NCBI GenBank assembly: GCA_964016885.1
Contig: OZ024742.1
Span: forward strand, 274,040,001-274,104,000
Source: Eledone cirrhosa
Taxonomy: Eukaryota
Length of the DNA stretch: 64,000 bases
Direction: 5' to 3'
The notes beneath the pieces were generated by a model. It worked only from the letters and a program-made list of their open reading frames with translations. It was not told the DNA's origin and made no database searches. Shown piece by piece: positions 51,250 to 62,553 of this stretch; within the stretch, counting starts at the first letter, position 1, and the number at the start of each line of letters is the position of its first letter. A program made the position numbers and the translations under genes.

Positions 51250-54200
51250 AAACGTTCAAAGAATTCAATTGAATTTCTGGCAAAGAATCCTACAGATGAA
51301 CCTTTCCAAAAGCAAACTGTTCTTTCCCTAATGCCACAACATAATGCAGGAGTCTCTTTGCCTCTGCTTTTTCCGCACTGCAAAGCTTATCGCTGGCCAC
51401 ATGAACACAAATCTCTGTGCTGCTTCCACGGAAAAGTGAAACTCCCTCAACTTCCTCCTCCTCACCAAATATATAGAAATATTTCGATATCACTCAAGCA
51501 GGAAATTCTTTTCTCCATAAGATACGTGCATAAAACAATGTGCTCGCCTTAGCTTCAATTGGTTCCTCAGAGATTAAAGCACCAGGATTTAGTTCCATAT
51601 TTAAGATCCAAGGTAAGATTTATCATATTTTATCAGTACTTCCTGGTGATGCTTCACCCAAGTTTGCGCAGCTTTGCTTCGATGATATAGATCATGAGCT
51701 TCAGAATCGCTTGCATCATGCTAATTTAGATGCTGCTGTCCTGCAGGACTCGCAGGAAGTCTTGCACTACTGTAACACCTATATAAGAAGTTTCAAGGCA
51801 ATCATTACAATGCCAGTCTCTAAAGATATAAATATTGTCCTACATGCTGACAAAGTAAAACCCACTGATTTCATTGTCGCACAAAAAAACAGCATTAAGT
51901 CTTTTGGATGTCATCATTCATAAAAGAGATGGTGGTCTTCAGAGGATTCATCAGTTGCACCGTTCTTATGATCCTCTGCATTATGTGCTACTGTTTCCTT
52001 GGGGGAATGATGGGTTTCAGGTTGGTTTGATAAGGATTGACAACAACCACACACTCACACCCATGTCTACTGTTATCGGTTGATAATATATGATGTCTAC
52101 TGTTATCGGTTTCAAGTTAGGCAAGTTGACTGTAACAGTATCATGAAGATCAGGTGTCTGATGCAGCAATATGCTGCAGATTCCCAGGCAAAACTAGGAC
52201 ATTGTAACCTCAAATGGGCCCGCAACAATCAAACCATGATACGAGCTGAAAGGTATGAGGGTCTGTATGATGCTGTGGATGAAGGAGATTCAGTAAATGC
52301 AGGCCGGAGAATTGCTCTTCCTCCTTCAATCTATGGTTCCCCTCGCTTCTGCAGTGAGTGCTTTCAGAATTCGATGACTGTGGTTCGACACATGGGAAAG
52401 TCATCTTATTTCATCACGGTAACAACTAACCCTAACTGGGATGAAATAAAAAATAGTTTGCACCCTGGTGAAGAACGTAGAGACCGTCCTGATATTTGTG
52501 AAAGAGTCTTCAAGATCAAGTATGATAGCCTCATCGATGACATACTGAAGGAAAATGTCCTAGGAAAAGTTGCACGGTACATCTCAGCCAGTGAAGCCTT
52601 CTGGAGAATCAATAAATTTCCGTTACATTATCAAAAACCGCCAGTTGAAAAGTTGCCTTGTCATTTACCTGGTGAACATATGGCCGTGTATGAGCGAGGG
52701 CAGGAAGACAGTGTTGTTTCTAGGTGATAGCCAATGACAAATTGACGGAATATTTTCAACTGAATATTAGAGACCCACTGGCACAAAACATTGTATATTG
52801 ATATTCCTAAATATTTCACTTGGTCAAACAAAAAGTGACAAAGAAGAAAAAAGGGACATCTGGATAGTGATCTGGATAGTGACCCAACTATTGTTGCCAT
52901 ATACAAACTCAACAGGGTTCTTCTGGAAGAAACTGATTTCAATACACACCAACTGCAAGCAAACAAATGAACTTTGCCAACATTGAATCCTGAGCAACTG
53001 ATTATTTTTCACAAAGTAATCACCTCTGTAAATGAAAATGAAGGCAGAATTTTTCTGCTTGACTGCAAGTGCAGCTACAGGAAAGACCTATGTCATAAAC
53101 ATCCTATTGGATTAGCTCCGATCTAAAGAAATTTGCACTTGCCTCTTCCATATCTGAAATAGCAGCCACTTTGCTTCACAAAGGTAGAACTCTTCATTCA
53201 AAGAGCAAGATTCCTCCCAATGTGACTGCTGAATCAACTTTCCTCTTCATAAAGAGGGACGACACAGCTAAACCTATGCAGCATGCTGACTGCTAATCAT
53301 TGATGAGGTAGGTATGGAACATAAGCATATATTTGAATACCTTTACAGGAGTTTCAAAGATGTTTGAATTGCAATAAGCCATTTGGTTGTCTAACAGTAT
53401 TACTATCTGGTGCCTGGAAGCAAATTATTCCAGTTGTACGTCATGGTGCTAGACCACACATAGTTGAGGCAACCATCAAGAGATCCTATCTCTGGAACTA
53501 TGTGGAAACAACAGAGATGACAGCCAGTCAACGGTTAATTAATGTAGAGGATTCTGATGAAAGACTGTTTGCAAACTACCTTCTTGATGTGTGAAATGGT
53601 AACATTCCAACTGTTCCAACAATTCTTCTGCCAAATGAACTTTGTCTGGAAAATGGTAATGTGTCTTGACTGTGTGATTTTGTGTATACAAATCTTCCAG
53701 GAAACTACACAAACCCACTATGGCTTGCAAATAGAACCATTATCACTCCAACAAATGATGAATGAAGATTGTGAATGAGTCATGGTCAACAAGTTCATGA
53801 AATAATCTACAGAAGCTCCTATACGGAAGATAATGAACTGCAATATCCAATTGAGTTCATCAACAAACTTACCCCATTAGGCTTCCCAACACACATACTT
53901 AAACTGAAGAATGGCATCATGCTTCAGAGAAATTTGAATCCTCTAAACGGGCATTGCAATGGTACACGCTACATCATCATCAGTTTACACGTAATTGAAG
54001 CTGAAGTGGCATTGGCTCCCAATGCTGGAACAAGGTTGCTAATCCTAAGGATACACTATGTATCGCAAGAGCTTGAGTTCCCTTTCACTTTTACGCGCAA
54101 GAAATGTACTGTCAAACCAGCCTTTGCCCTTACATGCAACAAAGCACAAAAGCAGACATTTGAAAAGATAGGTGTATATCTACCAACATAATTCTTCTCA

Positions 54201-54300
54201 TATGTTGCATTATCACGATTTAGTAAAAAAAGAAAATATAAAAATGTTAAATGAAAGGGGGTCTGTTTGCTGACAACTGTGTCTGAAAAGAAATTCTACA
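51250..54300 (+). pseudogene. Decayed Helitron RepHel (zinc finger, partial Rep, PIF1 helicase)
   Basis: CCFHGKVKLP, FKIQGKIYH, SYDPLHYVLLFPWG, YGSPR, YFITVTTNPNW, DRPDI, TGKT, IIDEV, KQIIPVV, CNGTR, FALTCNKAQ. Possible decayed 3' end at ~54718-54742. Confidence 0.92.
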
Positions 54301-54744
54301 GTTATATGAAACAGCTAACACTCTCTTTTAGTTTAAATGCATTTCAGTTTCTTTTTAACTGTTAGAAAAGGGACGCTACAAAAATTTAAGAATACAGTAA
54401 ACTTCAATATAGCGAAGGTCAACTATTCATATAGGTCAATCTAATTCATTTATTCATACCAGCAGCATCTATTTTCAAATTCACTGCTTGAAGCTTCCTA
54501 TCCTCATTCTCCAGTGACGATTCATGAACATTTTCCGTCAGCAGTTTAATCGCTTTTCCATCTCCATTATCACGTTTTTTTAAAATGTATCCTGGGTTAC
54601 TTTACTGATTACAGAAGTAAGTGTAACACAATCTTTGTTCAGTTTATGTGCTTATTTCCAATTTACGTATGTATCTATGTGCATATATATATCTGCATAT
54701 ACCAATATGCACACAAAACCGCCCGTGGGGGTCTTCTGCTTGTG

Positions 54745-54774
<30 letters not shown>

Positions 54775-54782
<8 letters not shown>

Positions 54783-55092
54783 AATAAAATAACAAGGGCA
54801 TTGGTTACACCTTCATTACGTTTATTGGTGGTGAAGCGTGTTTCACCACTGATCAGCTCAAGTTTCGATCTGTAACGATCTGACTCGACACTGTAATACG
54901 CGGCTCTTCAGACCACTTGTAATGGTAATGTAATAATTACTATTACATGGGGTCTGACGAGCCGTGGATTACAGACTCGGGTCAGATCGATAGAGATCGA
55001 ACCTTGAGCTGATCAGGGGTGAAACGCGCGTCACCAACCAATAAACGAAATGGAACAGTAACCAATCCTCTTTGTTGTGTTCTTTCACTATA
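54775..55092. mobile_element. Aged fold-back palindrome with two opposed family E hammerheads
   Basis: Imperfect inverted arms next to (TA)n. Hammerheads at 54950-55036 (+) and 54829-54915 (-). Confidence 0.8.
54950..55036 (+). ncRNA. Hammerhead ribozyme with 60-nt stem II (family E)
   Basis: GGT-CTGACGA-(54961-55020 hairpin)-GAAA-CGCGCG-TC|ACC. Confidence 0.8.
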
Positions 55093-55626
55093 ATGCACTC
55101 TGTCTAGCTCTACACCTCGACACCGAAGTAAACCTAAACATTGACGGCTGACATGGGTGAACCTACAGTAACACCAATTTACACTCCCTGGATATATCTA
55201 TTATATAAATGTGAAATGGGCGAAAATTGTCTGAGTCGTGTCTGGATACAGGCAAAATAGTATACCAATGCTCTGATTGTCATAAACATTTACAGATTAA
55301 TGTAAAAGGTGCCGACGCAGCGATATGTCTACGTGGTTTTCTCTAAATTAAAAAAGGTGGTCTCTAGGGCCAGAAATCGGTTTTGTTCTATCGATTTTAC
55401 TTCCTTATAGTTTATTAGCTTTATTCTCTCCGTCGCTCTTCCCTCTTTCTATAATAGATCATTCCCCCTCTCTATAATTTAACTGATTTACTCTCTCTGT
55501 CGCTCTTCACTCCCTATATGACAAAACTGCAGAGAGAGATAGGCCGTTAGAATAGCAGAGAGAGATAGGGGGTTAGACAGAGAGACATACAATTAAAATG
55601 TTACATATTCATATATATAAATATAT

Positions 55627-55785
55627 ATATAATATAAGATCAAAAGATGGTTAAAAGAGTTCCAAGTATTTTATTATGCGCACTTCAAAAACAAATATCA
55701 TGAGATGATATCTGCGTTTTTATCAGATAAAATAGGGATACATGATATGAAGGTTAAAAAACACGTGTGAATAGTGAAGTTTTAT
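55627..55785 (-). mobile_element. Solo family A pseudo-LTR with mutated hammerhead
   Basis: Homologous to 9044-9200 and 44978-45150; the core reads CTGATAA...GAAG. Confidence 0.75.
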
Positions 55786-55859
55786 ATGTGCGTGGTTTTG
55801 TATACCTATGGTAAATGTTTTGCGTATGCTTGTGTATGTACGTATTTGTTAGCGAGTAT

Positions 55860-56372
55860 GTATTTATTTATTTCTATTACTTCTGTATTGTATTTATTTA
55901 CTTTGTTCCTAACTCTGTAGCGGAGATTCATTCGCTCTCCTAGTTAGAATTTTAGTCTACGTCTTCTGCTATACCATTTACGTGGTTTTGTCTTTGCGTG
56001 CTATTGTTCACCACGCTCCACATATGTCGTATTATCTTCGTTTTTTTTCGTTCATTGCCGGAGAACGTCTCTATGAACCACCTAAGAGAACATTAGTCTA
56101 CGACCACTTTTATACCATAAACGTGGTTCTGTCTTTGCGCGTAATTGTTTTTCACCGCTCCTATTAATGACGTATCTTATTCGTTTTTTCCCGTTCTTTG
56201 CCAGCGAACGTTTCCACGAACTAAAGTATCGTCTTCCTGTCTTCCTCCGGTTGCAACGTTTTTTGAAATATCCACTTCTGCGTTTACAGATTGGCTTTGT
56301 TAGTTTCAGAAGATCCCGTTAAGGGTGAAAGCAGCGATTCTTTGCTTAAACATTAATCTGTTATTTTAATAA
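55860..56372 (+). mobile_element. Family C repeat with hammerhead (56303-56351), ending in (TA)n(GA)n
   Basis: GTTT-CAGAAGA-TCCC GTTAA GGGT-GAAA-GCA GCGATTCTT TGC-TT|AAAC. Confidence 0.8.
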
Positions 56373-56377
56373 ATATA

Positions 56378-56445
<68 letters not shown>

Positions 56446-56559
56446 GAGAGAGAGAGAGAGACTGAGAGGGACCAGCAAACTTTAGTCAACGTTTAGTCAC
56501 GAGTTATATATCTTTGATCTGTCGTCGCTCGCATAGCACACACACAAACATATACACGA

Positions 56560-57557
56560 TACTTATATAAAGCTGAGCGTCGTGTGTATGTATGTATCCT
56601 ACATACCTCCCTATACTATTTAACCTAAAATACTTTTATATCCATCTCTTAGTGAAGCATTTCCAATTCATTATACGTAAACAATGACATTAATGTTTCA
56701 CTTTTAGCTTAGCATTTTACATTCAATGCCTCCCTTTTTTAATGCATCTTTTTATTGAAACGACTACATGCTATCAGTGGTTCAGTATTTAACCTAAAGT
56801 ATTTTTACACTGCTTCTATAGTATCGTTATACGATATGCCTAACCGAAAACGACCAGTATTTTCTTCTAAACGAAATAAGGCCCTTAAATTACAAAGAAT
56901 GGAGGCGCGTGCGGAGGTACGTATTTTATCGATATCATTTTGCTTCTTTTATTTTCATAAAATTATTATTTCTGTTTTGAGAAGTTGTAAAACAGTAGTG
57001 GCCGAGTTAAAGCATTCAGTTTTTTTGTTAACTCCAGGGGAGATCGGATGCAAGGGAGGCCCGTCTTACTGCCCAGCGCATTCAGCGCCAACGCTCACGT
57101 CTTGCTGCCGACCGTAATCAGCGCCAACATCACTCCTCGAGGAGACACTTTCGGCCCAGCACGATCAGCGCCAACCCTCACGTCTCGTCAAGACTCCGGA
57201 GGCAAGGGAGGACCGTCTTTCTGATCAGCGCACTCGAAACCAACTCTCACTTCTGGACGAGACTACGGAGGCAAGGGAGGACCTTCTTTCTGACCAGCGC
57301 ACTAGACGTCAACGCTCACGTCTGAAAGAGACTCTGGAGACAAGGGAAGAAAGGCTGCTAGGTAGACGGCGTAAACGTCGAGAAAATGTTGGTACTACAA
57401 GGGACACATTTTGCTGAAAAGCTGCCTTTAACTACAATCTTTCTGATGATTACACCAATCACCCGGATTTGGCTCTTGGAAAAATGGATAAGGTATGTCA
57501 GTCCTATTAACTTAATAAAAAGTAGACCCAAGTAGCCCCGAATGTAACCGGGCTCAG
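56560..57557 (+). mobile_element. Helitron deletion derivative retaining the spliced RepHel N-terminus
   Basis: ATG 56836, intron 56917-57037 (GTACGT...ctccAG), then 66-bp repeats encoding (E)TPEAREDRLSDQR-like units and AAFNY...DY...LGKMDKVC. 3' hairpin CCCG...CGGG at ~57537. Confidence 0.65.
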
Positions 57558-57558
57558 A

Positions 57559-57655
<97 letters not shown>

Positions 57656-57687
57656 TGTGTGTGAGTATGTATAAATATATATATATA

Positions 57688-57694
57688 TAATAAT

Positions 57695-57742
<48 letters not shown>
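57688..57742. repeat. (AAT)n microsatellite
   Basis: Direct inspection. Confidence 0.95.
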
Positions 57743-57743
<1 letters not shown>

Positions 57744-58848
57744 TAGGGAAGAAGACGCACGAGGTGACGGAGGTCATGAAATCGCTCCCGTAAGTTTTGA
57801 ATTTTTAACATATTTAAATCATTTGTGAAATAACAACTCTTAGTACAAATGCTACGTAAAGCACCCGGCTTGAGCCCCAAAAAATTCGGACCCAAAATAT
57901 ATTGTTATAAGGCTCAAATATTCAAATATTCAACTTTGTATTGTACACTGTATATCCCAAAAAGAAAATGGCTATAAATGGAAGAAGAACCCCCCCCCTC
58001 CTCTCCTCTGTCTACACTATATAGGACAGCCAAACTCACCAACACCAGAAACTAGATACACCACCCACCCCATCATCTGTGTACACTAAACACAACAGCC
58101 AGATAACGGCATTTTCACCTTCACCGCCACCGCTCACTACGGCCATCATTACCACCACTATCCCATCACCGCCGCCACCACCCCTTGACTCCTTCACTGC
58201 TGCCACCGCTACAGCACCATCACTACAGTAATACGGTCACATCACCGCCACCACTGCCTCGGTATCGACATCACCACCACCACTGTCTCAGTATCGCTAC
58301 CGCCGCCAGTCTCCCACTTCTCCACCGCCGCCAGTCTCCCACTTCTCCCTGCTGGCTGCTACTTCCACATTATAGAATTCCTACTACTAACAAAGAGGAA
58401 GGCATCAAAATATATAGATAGACTCAAAAGGAAAAAGAAAAAACAAACAACAAAACCAAAGCAGCACAGCAACAACAGCAAAAACGAGAAAAACAAACAG
58501 AGAAAACACAAACAAAAAAAGAAACCCCAAAAACGTAAAGAAAATAAGAATGAAGAGAGAAGCAGGCGGACGGACAGAGAAGAGGGGGGAAAAAGTAAAA
58601 CTTAAAAAACAAAAACTAAGTCAGACATTCGAACACTACATTACAATGAAACTTATGCTTATTCATTTTTGGGGCCCTTTCTGCCCGTGTGTTTGTTTGT
58701 TTATGTGTGTTCGTATACAGCGTGGTGATAATGCCACACAAGGGCCAAGTGGGATGGCGGATCCACAGATGGCTATGTAACAATACATTCGCCAATCCTC
58801 GATAAGAGTGTTTAAATATCGAACATAAACAGTTCGAATAACGGTGAA

Positions 58849-61800
58849 ATGGAGACTAGAACGTCATGTGACAGACTCTCACCCAACAGGTGCCCCCTGG
58901 CTCAGCAGCAGGAACCTGACTGTCAACCAAATACTGCTGATGTTGAAGGAAGAAGAAGAAGGAAAGGGGCCAGAACCAACTGGACGAAAGAATTGAATAG
59001 AACTGTTATGCAATGCTACCTGAAAAGTAACCCCAAGGAGAGGGGCTACAGGAGACGGATGCATAACATCTGGAACGAGATTGGTTTATTTAAATTAGAT
59101 GAACAAAAATTGGCCGGGCAGGCTCGGGTAATAAGAACTAATGGGTGGATAAGCGAGCTGGAACTGGAGGAACTGAGCAGAGAGAATGGCTTGGAGATGG
59201 CGGGTGTAGTATGCCAGACAAGCGAGCCAGTGGGAAATGAAGGTGAAGAGGTCCTGAGAACGGAGGAACCACCCGAAGCAGACAATGATCTGAATACTGA
59301 GATAAATAATATCTGGAACAGAGATACGGTCACTGAGGAGATGAATGCTGACGGGCTAGGACAAGATTCGGTTGACATCCTAAATTTAGTGGTAGATGAA
59401 TTGAACAATGATAGTGGGAGACCTATGAACCTAAGATTTGTAGACAGGAAAAAGTTAAAAGAAACAACAGCTAAGGAAAACAAAGTCATCCCATACCTTG
59501 AGGCGAGGAGCCTTCACCAGTGCAACAATATCCTCAAAGCAACAGCAAATACGGTGAGGAAACTACTTGGTATAAAAGCGAGAGGAAACAACAGACAAGA
59601 AAGAGCAGAGCCGTGGTGGAAGAAGCGACTGAGTGGGAAAATCGGGGAAATGAGAAATGACATAGGAAAGCTTGAGTCACTACTGAATGGGACACTAAAA
59701 AACATAGGCACTAAAAATAGACTGGAAATAAAATACAAAACTAGGAGTAAAAAGCTAAATATTATCATAGAGGAATTGAAGCAACGCATTGTAGCAAAGA
59801 GTGCAAAAATCAGGCGATACGAGAACAGAATCAGTCAGTATAAACAGAACCGCATGTTCGACAACAACCAGAAGATGCTGTTTGGACAGCTTGAGGGGAA
59901 AGAAAGAGGCAACGACTTGATCCCTGGGGCGGAACAAACTAAAACATTCTGGAGAGGAATATGGGAGCAGGATGTTAGACACAATGCCCAGGCAGGGTGG
60001 ATTGAGACAGTACAGAGGGAGATCGGTGAGCAGGCACAACAACAAACTGATTTGAGTATCACAGTTGAAACTCTTAAGGGGCAGGCCAAAAAACTAACCA
60101 ACTGGAAATCACCAGGCCCAGATGGTGTGCAGGGGTATTGGATTAAACATTTAACATCCCTCCACCCGAAGCTGACGGCCATGTTCAATGACTGCTTGGT
60201 GTCGGGTGAGGTGCCAGAGTGGTTGACAAAAGGTACCACAGTTCTGATAATGAAAGACCGAATCAAGGGTAATGATGTTACCAACTATAGACCTATCACA
60301 TGTCTGTCCGTAATGTGGAAACTGTTGACGAGCATTGTGTCTGAGGAAATCTACCATCACCTCCACACAAACAACTTGTTACCGGACGAAAAGAAAGGAT
60401 GCCGAAAGAAGTCACGTGGTACAAAGGACCAGTTACTTATTGATAAGATGGTAATGGGGAATTGCAGGAGGAGACACACTGATCTTGCCATGGGATGGAT
60501 AGACTACAGAAAGGCATTTGACATGGTGCCTCATTCCTGGATCACCAAAAGCCTGGAGATCTTCAGGGTGGCAGATAACATCAGACAGTTGCTAGGCAGG
60601 AGTATGGGGTCCTGGGAGACAGAGTTGACATCAACTGGAATATCCTTGGGAAGCGTGAAGATCAAGAGAGGTATCTTCCAGGGAGATAGCCTGTCCCCTC
60701 TGTTGTTTGTCCTTGCCCTGATGCCCTTGACCATTAAGCTGCGAAAAGTGAGAGCAGGATACAAGTTGGGAAGGGGAGAGCTTACCATCAATCACCTCCT
60801 CTTCATGGACGATCTTAAGCTCTTCGGGAAAAGTGAGAAGGAGTTGGATGTGCTTGTTGACACTGTCCGTATTTTCAGCAGTGATATATGTATGCAGTTT
60901 GGTATTGGTAAATGTGGAGTCATTGTGATGAAGAGGGGTAGGTTGAGCAGAAGTAACGGAATCCAGATAACAACAGGTGATATGATAAAGGAAATTGACT
61001 CTGAAGAAGGATACAAGTATTTGGGCGTTCTGGAGGCTGATGGCATAAAGAACAAAAAAATGAAGGAATTGTTAAGAACTGAATACATTCGGAGAGTAAG
61101 GAGCGTATTGAAGTCACATCTGAACAGCAGAAATGCCATAAGCGCAGTAAATTCCCGAGCTGTGTCTATTATTAGGTACAGTGCGGGAATTCTGAGATGG
61201 AATGTTGCTGAACAAAAAGAAATGGATAGGAAGACTAGGAAGCTATTGACTATCTACAACCTGTTCCACAAGAGGAGTGATGTCGATAGACTCTACCTAA
61301 GGAGATCTGAGGGTGGAAGAGGTCTTATCAGCATAGAGGACTGTGTTCAGATGGAGAAAAACAACCTATACAAATACGTGACCTATAGTAAGGAGCCAAT
61401 GCTCAGAACTGTACTGAAGGAGGGGACAGTAGGCCAGGGGATGACCAAGGAGGAAATAACATCAAGGAGGAAGAGCAGCCTTAAGGGAAAATCCCTTCAT
61501 AGTACCTTCTTTGAGAAAACTGAATTTAGAGATCCACAGACATGGAACTGGTTGAGAAGAGGAGACCTCAAAAAGGCTACAGAAGGAATGCTAATGGCTG
61601 CGCAGGAGCAGGCCCTCAAAACGAAGTGGTTGCAGCACCATATCTACAAGGAGGAGGCTAGCCCACTGTGCAGGATCTGTGGAGAGAGAGAGGAGACTGT
61701 GGCTCACATTGTGTCCGAGTGTAAACACCTAGCCCAGACTCACTATAAGGGCTGGAGACACGATGTGATGAGCAGGGTGATCCACTGGCACCTGTGCAAA

Positions 61801-62241
61801 GTAAACGATTTACCACATTCTGAGAAATGGTATGAGCATAGGCCAGAGGCGGTGATGGAGAACAATCAGGTGAAGGTGCTGTGGGATTTTAGGATACAGA
61901 CGGACAAGAAACTGGAACACAATAGACCTGACCTGGTGGTTGTGGACAAAGAAAACAGATCGTGCCTGATTGTGGATGTGGCCTGCCCGTTCGACACGAG
62001 AGTGCAAGAGAAGGAGAGGGAGAAAATTAACCGATACCAGGACCTAAAGTGGGAGGTGAAAAGGATTTGGAACTGCCATGAAGTCAAAGTGATCCCGATT
62101 GTCATAGGCGCACTGGGGACTATCTCCAAAAGTTTCCAGGGATGGTTAAAGAAAATCGGCCCCTTCACGCTTTTTGGAACGCTTCAAAAGGCATGCTTGC
62201 TTGGAACAGCAAGAACCCTCCGATACGTCCTGAATATCTGA
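58849..62241 (+). CDS. Intact R4/Dong-clade non-LTR retrotransposon protein (RT, CCHC, restriction-like endonuclease), 1130 aa
   Basis: WTKELN...RGYRRRMHNIW N-terminus; NWKSPGPDG, IDYRKAFD, GIFQGDSLSP, HLLFMDDLK, CRICGEREETVAHIVSEC, RHD, RPDL...IVD...K..Y. Followed by (AAT)n. Confidence 0.95.
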   Translation: METRTSCDRLSPNRCPLAQQQEPDCQPNTADVEGRRRRKGARTNWTKELNRTVMQCYLKSNPKERGYRRRMHNIWNEIGLFKLDEQKLAGQARVIRTNGWISELELEELSRENGLEMAGVVCQTSEPVGNEGEEVLRTEEPPEADNDLNTEINNIWNRDTVTEEMNADGLGQDSVDILNLVVDELNNDSGRPMNLRFVDRKKLKETTAKENKVIPYLEARSLHQCNNILKATANTVRKLLGIKARGNNRQERAEPWWKKRLSGKIGEMRNDIGKLESLLNGTLKNIGTKNRLEIKYKTRSKKLNIIIEELKQRIVAKSAKIRRYENRISQYKQNRMFDNNQKMLFGQLEGKERGNDLIPGAEQTKTFWRGIWEQDVRHNAQAGWIETVQREIGEQAQQQTDLSITVETLKGQAKKLTNWKSPGPDGVQGYWIKHLTSLHPKLTAMFNDCLVSGEVPEWLTKGTTVLIMKDRIKGNDVTNYRPITCLSVMWKLLTSIVSEEIYHHLHTNNLLPDEKKGCRKKSRGTKDQLLIDKMVMGNCRRRHTDLAMGWIDYRKAFDMVPHSWITKSLEIFRVADNIRQLLGRSMGSWETELTSTGISLGSVKIKRGIFQGDSLSPLLFVLALMPLTIKLRKVRAGYKLGRGELTINHLLFMDDLKLFGKSEKELDVLVDTVRIFSSDICMQFGIGKCGVIVMKRGRLSRSNGIQITTGDMIKEIDSEEGYKYLGVLEADGIKNKKMKELLRTEYIRRVRSVLKSHLNSRNAISAVNSRAVSIIRYSAGILRWNVAEQKEMDRKTRKLLTIYNLFHKRSDVDRLYLRRSEGGRGLISIEDCVQMEKNNLYKYVTYSKEPMLRTVLKEGTVGQGMTKEEITSRRKSSLKGKSLHSTFFEKTEFRDPQTWNWLRRGDLKKATEGMLMAAQEQALKTKWLQHHIYKEEASPLCRICGEREETVAHIVSECKHLAQTHYKGWRHDVMSRVIHWHLCKVNDLPHSEKWYEHRPEAVMENNQVKVLWDFRIQTDKKLEHNRPDLVVVDKENRSCLIVDVACPFDTRVQEKEREKINRYQDLKWEVKRIWNCHEVKVIPIVIGALGTISKSFQGWLKKIGPFTLFGTLQKACLLGTARTLRYVLNI

Positions 62242-62368
62242 GGCTGCAGGTAGTGGCTTGATATTCAATCCAACGGACTTTCCAGTTAACCAACATCAAT
62301 GACTGAGATTCAAGGAATAACAACAACAATAATAATAATAATAATAATAATGATGATAATAGTAATAA

Positions 62369-62543
62369 TTGTTTCTACTTTAGGCACAAGGCCAGCAATT
62401 ACCCAGTGCATTACTGGTACTTTATTTTATCGACCCCGTAAGGATGAAAGGCAAAGTCAACCTCGGCGGGATTTGAACTCAGATCGTAAAGGGACGTAAC
62501 TATGCTGGAAAGCATGCCGTCCAACCCTCCACTGATACTGCCA
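62369..62543 (-). mobile_element. tRNA-derived SINE in an (AAT)n tract
   Basis: Family of 3269-3450; flanked on both sides by AAT repeats. Confidence 0.88.
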
Positions 62544-62553
62544 AATAATAATA

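Noticed and set aside
57045-57350. Regularly spaced 66-bp repeats superficially like a CRISPR array
   Set aside because: These are degenerate coding repeats without unique spacers, in a eukaryotic context with no cas genes.
58720-58848. Possible HDV-like ribozyme in the Dong/R4 5' UTR
   Set aside because: Plausible for the clade, but I could not build a consistent P1-P4 nested pseudoknot by eye. It needs a descriptor search.
59046-62168. Antisense ORFs overlapping the Dong ORF
   Set aside because: Shadow frames of the coding strand with no motifs.
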